Origin: an uncultured Gammaproteobacteria bacterium
GTDB taxonomy: Bacteria > Pseudomonadota > Gammaproteobacteria > CAWCPV01
NCBI GenBank assembly: GCA_963797555.1
Contig: CAWCPV010000013.1
Location: 53,262 to 117,261, forward strand
Reading direction: 5' to 3'
DNA: 64,000 bases
The position numbers were made by a program, and so were the translations under genes. Positions within the stretch are counted from its first letter, which is position 1; the number at the start of each line of letters is the position of its first letter. Positions 34,036-42,300 of the stretch are shown here, piece after piece. Below the pieces are notes generated by a model, which was not told where the DNA came from, made no database searches, and worked only from the letters and a program-made list of their open reading frames with translations.

Positions 34036-34347
34036 GCCGGCGTGCTGCGGTCGACTGTCGGCATAGAGTCGTCCGGGGACGGCGCGTCGAAGTGAATGAC
34101 ACCGGCGTTCTAACAGACCCGGAACCCTTCTGCGGCCGAAGAAGTCGCCGCCCGGCGGAGCATCGGCGCCGGGACGCACACCTCGGCGAACGCTGATCAC
34201 CTCGGCCCTTTCCCCGCGATGCGGGCAAGGAAATAGGCAGAATCCGGACGCCATGCGCCTCCGGACGGTTTGCGTTAACATCCCGGTTCGAGATTGTCGC
34301 GGGCCCCGAGGGCAGGGTTCGAATTCAACAGACGCGCAGAGCATGTC

Positions 34348-35685
34348 GTGGACCCTGGCGCCAGCGCACTGCTGACCGACCTCTATCAGCTCACCATGCT
34401 GCAAGGATATTTCGAGCGCGGCATGGAGGACACCGCGGTGTTCGAGTTCTTCGTGCGCAAGCTCCCCGCCGGACGCAACTTCCTGGTGGCGGGAGGCTTG
34501 GAGCAGGCCCTGTGCTATCTGGAGCAGTTCCAGTTCGCCGACAGGGAGGTGGCATGGCTCGACCGCCTCGATCGCTTCAGTATCGAATTCCTCGATTACC
34601 TCAAGACTCTTCGGTTCACGGGCGACGTGGACGCCATGCCGGAAGGCACGGTGTTCTTTCCCGAGGAGCCGATCGTCAGGGTCGTGGCACCCTTGCCCCA
34701 GGCGCAGATCATCGAGTCGCGACTCATCAACCTGCTGCACTTTCAGACGCTCATCGCGTCCAAAGCAGCACGCTGTGTGCTGGCCGCACCGGACAAACTG
34801 CTCGTAGACTTCGGCATGCGCCGCGCCCACGGCGCCGAGGCGGCACTGCTGGCCGCGCGTGCCAGCTACCTGGCGGGCTTCAGCGGCACCGCCACGGTGC
34901 TAGCGGGTGCGCAGTTCGGCATCCCCGTGTTCGGCACCATGGCCCACTCCTACGTCCAAGCCCATGATGACGAGGCCGAGGCATTCGAGAGCTTCGCCAG
35001 GGCGCAGCCCGAAAACGTGGTCTTGCTCATCGACACCTACGACACGGAGGCAGCCGCGAGCAAAGTCGTCTACCTGGCGCACCGTCTGGCAGGCGCGGGC
35101 ATCAGCGTCAAGGGGGTGCGCATCGACAGCGGCGATCTGGCGCAACACGCCATTCGGGTGCGACGCATCCTGGATGAGGGGGGCCTGCGGGACACCACCA
35201 TCTTCGCGAGCGGTGGTCTGGACGAGCACGAACTCGCGCGCATGGTCCAAAGGCATGCCCCAATCGACGGCTTCGGCATCGGGACCATGATGGACACGTC
35301 CGCAGACGCGCCTTACCTGGATTGCGCCTACAAGCTCCAAGAGTACGCAGGACGCCCCCGACGCAAGCGCTCGGAGGGCAAGGCGACCTGGCCCGGACGC
35401 AAACAGGTGGTCCGCGTACTCGACAACCGCGGGACCTTGTACCACGATGTGCTGACCACTCAGGATGACGAGCACCCCGGCGAGCCCATGCTGAAACCGG
35501 TAATGCGCCGGGCCGAACGCCTGCAGCCCGCCGAGCCCCTGTCCCAGACGCGGAAGCGCGCCGCCACTGAACTGGGTCGTCTACCCGAGTCCTTGCGCGC
35601 CCTGGCGGACGCCCCCCCCTACTCGGTGGAGGTGGCAGCCGCCCTGCGCTCGCTGGCTAAGGCAGTAGACGAGGGGCGCGTCTAA
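34348..35685 (+). CDS. pncB: nicotinate phosphoribosyltransferase
   Basis: LLTDLYQLTM, DFGMRRAHG, GTMAHS, LIDTYD, VRIDSGD. Confidence 0.92.
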   Translation: MDPGASALLTDLYQLTMLQGYFERGMEDTAVFEFFVRKLPAGRNFLVAGGLEQALCYLEQFQFADREVAWLDRLDRFSIEFLDYLKTLRFTGDVDAMPEGTVFFPEEPIVRVVAPLPQAQIIESRLINLLHFQTLIASKAARCVLAAPDKLLVDFGMRRAHGAEAALLAARASYLAGFSGTATVLAGAQFGIPVFGTMAHSYVQAHDDEAEAFESFARAQPENVVLLIDTYDTEAAASKVVYLAHRLAGAGISVKGVRIDSGDLAQHAIRVRRILDEGGLRDTTIFASGGLDEHELARMVQRHAPIDGFGIGTMMDTSADAPYLDCAYKLQEYAGRPRRKRSEGKATWPGRKQVVRVLDNRGTLYHDVLTTQDDEHPGEPMLKPVMRRAERLQPAEPLSQTRKRAATELGRLPESLRALADAPPYSVEVAAALRSLAKAVDEGRV

Positions 35686-35771
35686 GCCGCGCAGCCCGAC
35701 AGGCTGCGTGTCGAAGCTCCGGCGCGCGCTCCCTCGCGCTTGGGCAGTCGTCGGCGCAAAGGTTCCCGCCC

Positions 35772-35862
35772 CTGAGAGCTTGTGAATGAATGTGCTGCGC
35801 GTCCCAGCAGACGCGGTTGCCTCAGCCCCCGCCCTCGCGACGAGTCCTTCACAAGCTCTCAG
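35772..35862. repeat. short inverted-repeat element (MITE-like) between convergent genes
   Basis: Perfect 15-bp IR CTGAGAGCTTGTGAA / TTCACAAGCTCTCAG. Confidence 0.65.
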
Positions 35863-36218
35863 TTGACAGCGGAAGCATCGACGCTGGGGCGGCGGCCGTA
35901 GCGGCGGTCGCTCGCGCTCAGCACTCGCCTCAGACAGCGGATGGTGTCCGCCTCGAAGTCGCGAAAACTCAGCTCCGACCCTAGCTCGGAGTTGCGCACC
36001 ACCTTCGCCGTGATCTGATGCACTTGGTCGTCCGCGCCATCGCAGAGTACAACGGCCACTTCCACCTCTTCATCCAGGGGGAGACGGATGATGCCGGTGT
36101 CGATGATCATGCTGCCCACCCCTACCTGGCGTGTCCGACCCCGCACCAGACCCAGGCCGCGGCAATAGATGACAACCTGTACGGACAATGGCACTCGGGG
36201 GTTACGCAGTGGGTCCAT
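35859..36218 (-). CDS. PilZ-like domain protein
   Basis: RNPRV (RxxxR-like), then GRTRQVGVGSM and AKVVR; GGAGG RBS. Confidence 0.6.
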   Translation of the reverse strand: MDPLRNPRVPLSVQVVIYCRGLGLVRGRTRQVGVGSMIIDTGIIRLPLDEEVEVAVVLCDGADDQVHQITAKVVRNSELGSELSFRDFEADTIRCLRRVLSASDRRYGRRPSVDASAVN

Positions 36219-36559
36219 ATGCAATCCTCCTTTCTTTCGGCGCGGCCGGCAGGCGACCCTCACCGACTATCCCTTTTGAGCTTGATACGCTTACCGAGGC
36301 ACCCGCCGCAATGCCGGCCAGAGGAAACGGCGTCCCTGCCGGACAATGTGCACCCGCTGGTGCAGCCACTCCTCTACGCTACAGACCCAGGCCTCGGCTG
36401 GAGCCTCCGCGCTGTCCTCGCGGGCCGAACTGGATGAGGCTCCTTCCCAGAGTTATCCAGACCGCCAACACCGAAACCGGACCACCCTGGAACGCTGGCA
36501 GCACTGCGATCGGGACTATTTTTATATACCCATAAGGCTACTCAATGGAATGAGGAGAT

Positions 36560-37195
36560 TTACTGAGGGTCGTCAGGGTTTTCCCTATACCCGCCACAAG
36601 CGAGCACCATCTGCACTAGCTCGGACACCGACCGGGCGCGCATCTTTTCCATCAGCCTGGCGCGGTGGGCTTCGATGGTCTTCACGCTGACCCCCAGTTC
36701 CCTGGCCATGGCCTTGTTGGCTTTGCCCGCTACCACCTTGTCCATCACCTCTCGCTCGCGAGGCGTGAGGGACGCCGTGCGGGCACACAGCTCGGCCCTC
36801 TGCGCTCGTTCCTTACGCTGTGAGGCGTCCCGCTGGATGGCCTGGTGGATACGATCCAGCAACTCCTGGTTGTTGAACGGCTTCTCGATGAAGTCGAGGG
36901 CTCCCCGCTTCATGGCCCGAACGGCCATCGGCACGTCGCCATGGCCAGTGACGAATATCACGGGGATCGCGACGTCCATGGTAACGAGCTGCTCCTGGAG
37001 ATCCACCCCGCTCATGCCTGGCATTCTGACATCGAGCACGAGGCACCCGTGCTGGTCATCGGCGTAAGCGTCCAGGAAAGACTGTGCCGAGGGATAGGTC
37101 TTCACCCGCAACCCCACCGACTCGATCAGCCACGCCAGCGAGTGGCGCACCGCGGGGTCGTCGTCCACGACGAAGACCGTTGCTTCAGGATGCAC
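36560..37195 (-). CDS. FixJ-family response regulator (REC + LuxR HTH)
   Basis: VFVVDDD, LDVRMPG, TGHGDVPMAV, KPF, LTPRERE, TIEAHRA. Confidence 0.92.
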   Translation of the reverse strand: MHPEATVFVVDDDPAVRHSLAWLIESVGLRVKTYPSAQSFLDAYADDQHGCLVLDVRMPGMSGVDLQEQLVTMDVAIPVIFVTGHGDVPMAVRAMKRGALDFIEKPFNNQELLDRIHQAIQRDASQRKERAQRAELCARTASLTPREREVMDKVVAGKANKAMARELGVSVKTIEAHRARLMEKMRARSVSELVQMVLACGGYRENPDDPQ

Positions 37196-39893
37196 GAGCC
37201 GACCCTCCCTGGATCGGCAGGATAAACCGGAAGGTGGTTCCCGACTCTGGCCCCGCCTCAGCCCAAAGACGGCCCCCGTGAGCCGTGACGATGGAGTGGC
37301 TGATGGCGAGTCCCATCCCCATCCCGTGGGGCTTGCTGGTGAAGAACGGATGAAAAAGTCGATCGGCGCTGTCGGAAGGGAGTCCTGCGCCTCGGTCGGT
37401 GATCGCCACCTCCACTTCATCGCCAGCCGGTCTCGAGCTGACCGCAAGAACCCGCTGCCCCGCCTGCACCCCCCTCATCGCCTCTATCCCGTTGCGCAGC
37501 AGATTGAGGATCACCTGCTCGATCTGGACCATGTCGGCCATCACAGGCGGCAGTCTGTCCGCGAGATCCAACTGCACCGCGACACCATAGCGGCGCGCCT
37601 CCGGGGCGGCGAAGCCGATGGCCTCCCGCACCGCCTCGTTGACATCCATCAGCGTGCGTCGAGGCTCGCGCTTGCGCACGAAACCACGCAACCGATGGAT
37701 AATCGCTCCGGCTCGTTGCGCCTGGGCGCTGATCTGCTCGGTCGCCTCGATCAGGTGGCCCTCCGTAGCGCTCCCGGAGTGCAGCCGCTGCAGGCAGCCG
37801 CCCGCGTAGTTGGCGATGGCGGCCAACGGCTGGTTCAGCTCGTGCGCCATGGTGGCCGCCATCTCGCCCATGGTGCTGAGTCTTGCGACGTGGGCCAGCT
37901 CAGCCTCGCGCTCGCGGATCTTCTCTTCGGCCCGGCGGCGCTCCTGGATCTCCCGCTCCAGGCGCTCGTAGGCCGCGAGCAAGGTGGCGGTCCGCTCCCG
38001 CACACGCTGCTCCAACTCGTCGTGGACCCGGCGCAGCGCATCTTCGGCACGCTTTCGTTCCGTGATGTCGCGCACGAAATGCAGCAGCACCCGGCGTCCC
38101 CCATATTCGATGAGCCGACTGCTGGTCTCTACCGGCATCTCCGTGCCGTCCTTACGGCGGTGTCGGTGCTCGAAGATCACACTGCCTCCCTGCTCCACCG
38201 CCTCGGCGATGGCTGCCAGACGACCATTGACCATGGTCGGGCAGATTTCATGCAAGGTCAGGCCCAGCAGTTCCTCCCGCGTATACCCTAGCCGCCGGAC
38301 CGCATTCTCGTTGACGTCCAGAAGACAATGGGTGTGCGGGTCAATGACCAGGATGGCGTCGTTGGCGTGCTCGAAGAGATCCCGGTACTTTTGCTCGGAG
38401 CGACGGACCGCCTCCTCGGCTCGCCGGCGTTCACTGATGTCCGTGGCTACCCCGATGACGCCGCAACGGCCCCCGCTGGCGTCGTAGAGCGGGCGATACC
38501 AGCATTCGAACACCAGGCCGGAGACCTCGGTCACCGAGAGGAAGCACTCGCCCCCCAGTGCCCGCTGCAGGTCCGAGGAAACCTGCGGCACATGGCGGTA
38601 CATCTCTAGGGCCGACCGGCCCACCACCTCCCCGGGCTTCATTCCGAGCGCGCTCAGCCCCCTGCCTTCCGAAAGCGTAAATATTCCTTCGCGGTTGGTC
38701 GCGAAAAGCACGATGGGTGCATTGCTGACCACCATGCGCAGGCGCTCGTCACTCTCGCGCAGGGCTTCTTCCGCCCGCATGCGACCCAGGCTGAAGGCAA
38801 CGTGGCTGGCGACCGCCTGGATCAACTTTAGCTCCTCGTCCTGGAATGCCCGCGCCCTGTCGTAATAGATCATGAACTTTCCCAGGAGCCGCTCCTGGTA
38901 CACGAGGGGCACGAAGGCCATGGCACGGATTCCCTCGGCCTCGATGACCGACAGGATCGGCCCCAGCTCCGGCGCTTGCCGCGTGTCGGGCACCTGGATG
39001 AGCTGTGGATCCGCCACGTCTCGCGGCCACGGGGAGTGGCCCTCGACCGCCGCCCGGTATGCGTCGGACAGGCCCCTCCAAGCCTTGAAGCGCATCACGC
39101 CATCTTCGTCCATGAGCAGCACGGCGAGACGGTCGGGCCCCAGGGTACGCTGCAGCGTGCTCAGCACCTGCTCATAGACCTGCTCCATGCGCCGCGCACG
39201 CCCGATGGCCGTGGTCAGCTCGTAGCTGGCCTCTAACCTCTCGAAACGCCGCCGCTCCCCCTGCTCGGCACGCAGGCGCTCGATCGCCATCCCGAGCACG
39301 CGAGCAACCGCCTGGAGATAACGCACCTCCTCCCGCGAGAACTGGCGCGGCCGGCGGCTGTAGACGCCGAGCACGCCGAAGGGTACTTGGCCCCCTCCGA
39401 TGGCCAAGGTTACGCCGCTTTGTACGCCAAGTCGGCGCAGCGCCGGGGACAAGCCAGTGCGACGACCGGCGGCCCGAGGGCGTAACAACACCGGAGCGCT
39501 CCGGGCAAGTGCCGACTCGACCTCAGGCTGCTCCGCCAGATCCAGCCGCCGTCCGATGTACTGCGCATCCCATCCCGTTCCGGCGACGACCCGGATCAAG
39601 CGTTCCGCAGGCTCGTAAGCGAACAGCGCGCAATAACGCGCCTTCAGTGACTTGGCGACGATCGGAGCCGCATCCCCCAGCAGGCTGTCCACCCCCGCCG
39701 CCGCGAGCGCGGCTTGGGCGAGCTGAGCCAACGCTTGAGCGCGAGCGCTGTCCGGCGACCGACCAGATCGTTTCTTGCCTTGGGGATCGGCATCGTGCCC
39801 GGGCCGCAGCCCAGGGTCCGAACGGCCATTGCCCTGTCCGCCTCGAAGTTCGACGGCCGGGGTAGGCAAGTCCGGGCCGTGGCGGGCCGTCAT
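37185..39893 (-). CDS. soluble GAF-GAF-PAS-PAS sensor histidine kinase (FixL-like kinase core)
   Basis: AHELNQPL H-box, QVILNLLRNG, DRGAG, FFTSK, GMGMGL; no transmembrane segments seen. Confidence 0.9.
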   Translation of the reverse strand: MTARHGPDLPTPAVELRGGQGNGRSDPGLRPGHDADPQGKKRSGRSPDSARAQALAQLAQAALAAAGVDSLLGDAAPIVAKSLKARYCALFAYEPAERLIRVVAGTGWDAQYIGRRLDLAEQPEVESALARSAPVLLRPRAAGRRTGLSPALRRLGVQSGVTLAIGGGQVPFGVLGVYSRRPRQFSREEVRYLQAVARVLGMAIERLRAEQGERRRFERLEASYELTTAIGRARRMEQVYEQVLSTLQRTLGPDRLAVLLMDEDGVMRFKAWRGLSDAYRAAVEGHSPWPRDVADPQLIQVPDTRQAPELGPILSVIEAEGIRAMAFVPLVYQERLLGKFMIYYDRARAFQDEELKLIQAVASHVAFSLGRMRAEEALRESDERLRMVVSNAPIVLFATNREGIFTLSEGRGLSALGMKPGEVVGRSALEMYRHVPQVSSDLQRALGGECFLSVTEVSGLVFECWYRPLYDASGGRCGVIGVATDISERRRAEEAVRRSEQKYRDLFEHANDAILVIDPHTHCLLDVNENAVRRLGYTREELLGLTLHEICPTMVNGRLAAIAEAVEQGGSVIFEHRHRRKDGTEMPVETSSRLIEYGGRRVLLHFVRDITERKRAEDALRRVHDELEQRVRERTATLLAAYERLEREIQERRRAEEKIREREAELAHVARLSTMGEMAATMAHELNQPLAAIANYAGGCLQRLHSGSATEGHLIEATEQISAQAQRAGAIIHRLRGFVRKREPRRTLMDVNEAVREAIGFAAPEARRYGVAVQLDLADRLPPVMADMVQIEQVILNLLRNGIEAMRGVQAGQRVLAVSSRPAGDEVEVAITDRGAGLPSDSADRLFHPFFTSKPHGMGMGLAISHSIVTAHGGRLWAEAGPESGTTFRFILPIQGGSARAS

Positions 39894-40016
39894 AGCGCGT
39901 TGCCGTTTTGACCGAAGCTCATCGTCGCTTGCATCGAATTCCCTTACCGGATCTGCCCGTTGTCCATCGGTCAGCCCCTTCCTCGAGTTTCGGCCGCACC
40001 GGTTCGAGGTGGCATG

Positions 40017-41351
40017 CTACAAGGCGCAGGTACGAAACCCTGCAAGCACATCCCGCCGGTCGGGCGTGAAGAAGTTCCGCCAAGTGTTGCGCAGCAGCCG
40101 GCTGCGCGATGCCCAACTGCCGCCGCGGAGCACTTTACGCGTGTAAAACCAGGGCTCGGAATATTCCCGGTAGGGGTCCGGAGTGAATCCGGGATATGGA
40201 GCAAAGGTGGTGGCGGTCCACTCCCAGACGTTTCCCATCATCTGGCGACAGCCGGGCCCGCTGTCCCCGGCAGGCAGCGAGCCCACATCGACGCAGCCCA
40301 GCAGTCGCCCGTCCAGGTTTGCCCGGTCCGGGACCGGAGCCTCGTCGCCCCAAGGGAATTTTCGCTTGTTCCGGACGAACTGCACGCCTTCCTCCAGGGG
40401 CTCCGCCGACGCGGCCAGCTCCCACTCCGCCTCTGTCGGCAACCTGCGTCCCGCCCAACGGCTGTAAGCCTGCGCCTCGAACCAACTGACGTGCACGACA
40501 GGGGCGTGCGGACTCAAGGGGAATAGCCCGTCGAAACGCCGCTCGAGCCACTCACCCCGGTCTCCCCGCACCCAATAAACGGGGCTCTCCGCGCCGACCG
40601 TTTGGCGCCAGCGCCATCCTTCCATGCTCCAAAGGTGCTCTCGTCGATACCCGTCTTCCTCGACGAAACAAGCGAACTCCCGATTCGTCACCGCCGCCCG
40701 AGCAATACGGAAGGGCTGCAACGAGACCTCATGCGCCCACTTCTCGTTGTCGAAGACGAAGGGCTCGCTGTCGAGGGCGCCCAGCAGATAAGTGCCCCCC
40801 GGAATCTCCACGTCACCCGTTAGTGGACCGCCACCCCATTCGGGACGCGGCTGACCGGCTCCCGCGATCCGCGGCGCCGGGTAGCCCAGGGTCTGGCGTG
40901 TGTACACGAACGCCTCCCCGTGCATGTCTTCATGAAAGGTCGTGAGTTGGTAAAAATAGGTGTCCTCGGGCGTAGCTAGCCCCCCCCGCAGGCGGGCGAG
41001 CAGGGCGTCGTGCACGTGTTCTAGGTATGCTAGGGTGTCGCGTAGAGATGGCAGGGGCAGGTCCCAGCGGCGGTCGTGGGCGATGGCAATGGAGTCATAC
41101 AGGGCGTCCGCATCGCCGCGGATCGGCTCGCGGCCGTCCAGGTGGCGCAGTATCCAGCGCTCGTGGAACCAGGCCAAGTGCCCGATCTCCCAGAGCAACG
41201 GATTCACGATGTCCAGGCGCGGGCCGATGAGCTGTTGGTGATCGAGGTCCGAGACCAGATCGAGAGTTCGTGCCCGGGCGTCCTCCAATATCTCTGCTAG
41301 GTAGGCAGTGGGCGCACGTTCCCCCCCGGGTTCAGGAGCGGAGACCGCCAT
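40017..41351 (-). CDS. senA: selenoneine synthase (EgtB-like: DinB + FGE-sulfatase)
   Basis: NPLLWEIGHLAWF, HEDMHGE metal motif, FDNE, RLPTEAEWE, GNVWEW, RGGSW; adjacent to senB and selD. Confidence 0.82.
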   Translation of the reverse strand: MAVSAPEPGGERAPTAYLAEILEDARARTLDLVSDLDHQQLIGPRLDIVNPLLWEIGHLAWFHERWILRHLDGREPIRGDADALYDSIAIAHDRRWDLPLPSLRDTLAYLEHVHDALLARLRGGLATPEDTYFYQLTTFHEDMHGEAFVYTRQTLGYPAPRIAGAGQPRPEWGGGPLTGDVEIPGGTYLLGALDSEPFVFDNEKWAHEVSLQPFRIARAAVTNREFACFVEEDGYRREHLWSMEGWRWRQTVGAESPVYWVRGDRGEWLERRFDGLFPLSPHAPVVHVSWFEAQAYSRWAGRRLPTEAEWELAASAEPLEEGVQFVRNKRKFPWGDEAPVPDRANLDGRLLGCVDVGSLPAGDSGPGCRQMMGNVWEWTATTFAPYPGFTPDPYREYSEPWFYTRKVLRGGSWASRSRLLRNTWRNFFTPDRRDVLAGFRTCAL

Positions 41352-42300
41352 CGACATCGTCCTGATCACTCCGGCCCCCCCGCGGTCCCGTGCCGGCAAT
41401 CGAACCACGGCCGCGCGTTGGGCGCGACTGCTGCGCCGCATGAGCCACCGGGTCACCGTCGCAGTCCAGTACGATGGTCGACCTCACCAGCTCATGATCG
41501 CACTGCATGCATACCGCAGTGCCCACGCGATCCGCGACTTCCGGCGCCTCTATCCCAGTAAGCCGATAATTCTAGCACTCACCGGAACAGATATTTACCA
41601 CTTCATCCATACCGACCGCCCGACCACGCTGGGCTCCATGGAACTGGCGGATCGCCTGGTCGGTCTGCACGAGGGGGTGGGCGACGCCGTGCCCGAGCAC
41701 CTGCGCCCGAAGGTACGTGTCATTTACCAGTCCGCAGCGCCTCTGCGCAGGGCGCCCGCACCGATCCTTCCGGGGCTGCGGGTCTGCGTTATCGGACACC
41801 TTCGCGAGGAGAAGGATCCTCTACTGACGGCCCGCGCTGCGCGCCTCCTTCCTGCCGATTCTCGGGCGCAGGTCGTGCATCTGGGAAAAGCCCTGGACGA
41901 GCAGTGGGCGCGACGCGCGCGCGCGGAAATGGAGCAGAACAGCCGTTATCGGTGGCGGGGCGAGGTGCCGCATTGGGAGGTGCGACGAACCCTCGGGCGC
42001 AGCCATCTCATGAGCCTCACCTCCAAGATGGAGGGTGGGGCCAACGTGATCTCCGAAGCGGTCGCCGCCGGCGTCCCGGTCATCTCCGCGGCCATTCCCG
42101 GGTCCATCGGCCTGCTCGGGCGGGACTATCCCGGGTACTTCCCCCTGGGCGATGCCCAGGAGCTCGCCCGCTTGCTTCTGCATGCCGAACGGGAGGAGGG
42201 GTTTCTCACCACGCTGAGAGAGCACTGCCGGGCGCGAGCGCCGTTGTTCAAACCCGAGACGGAGCAGGCTGCATGGGCGGCGCTGCTCGATGAGATCTAA
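41308..42300 (+). CDS. senB: selenosugar synthase (glycosyltransferase); start uncertain
   Basis: LITPA..GNRTTAARW, IALHAYRS, LTGTDIY, GHLREEKDP, SKMEGGANVISEA, GLLG.DYPGYF. Confidence 0.82.
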   Translation: MGARSPPGSGAETAIDIVLITPAPPRSRAGNRTTAARWARLLRRMSHRVTVAVQYDGRPHQLMIALHAYRSAHAIRDFRRLYPSKPIILALTGTDIYHFIHTDRPTTLGSMELADRLVGLHEGVGDAVPEHLRPKVRVIYQSAAPLRRAPAPILPGLRVCVIGHLREEKDPLLTARAARLLPADSRAQVVHLGKALDEQWARRARAEMEQNSRYRWRGEVPHWEVRRTLGRSHLMSLTSKMEGGANVISEAVAAGVPVISAAIPGSIGLLGRDYPGYFPLGDAQELARLLLHAEREEGFLTTLREHCRARAPLFKPETEQAAWAALLDEI

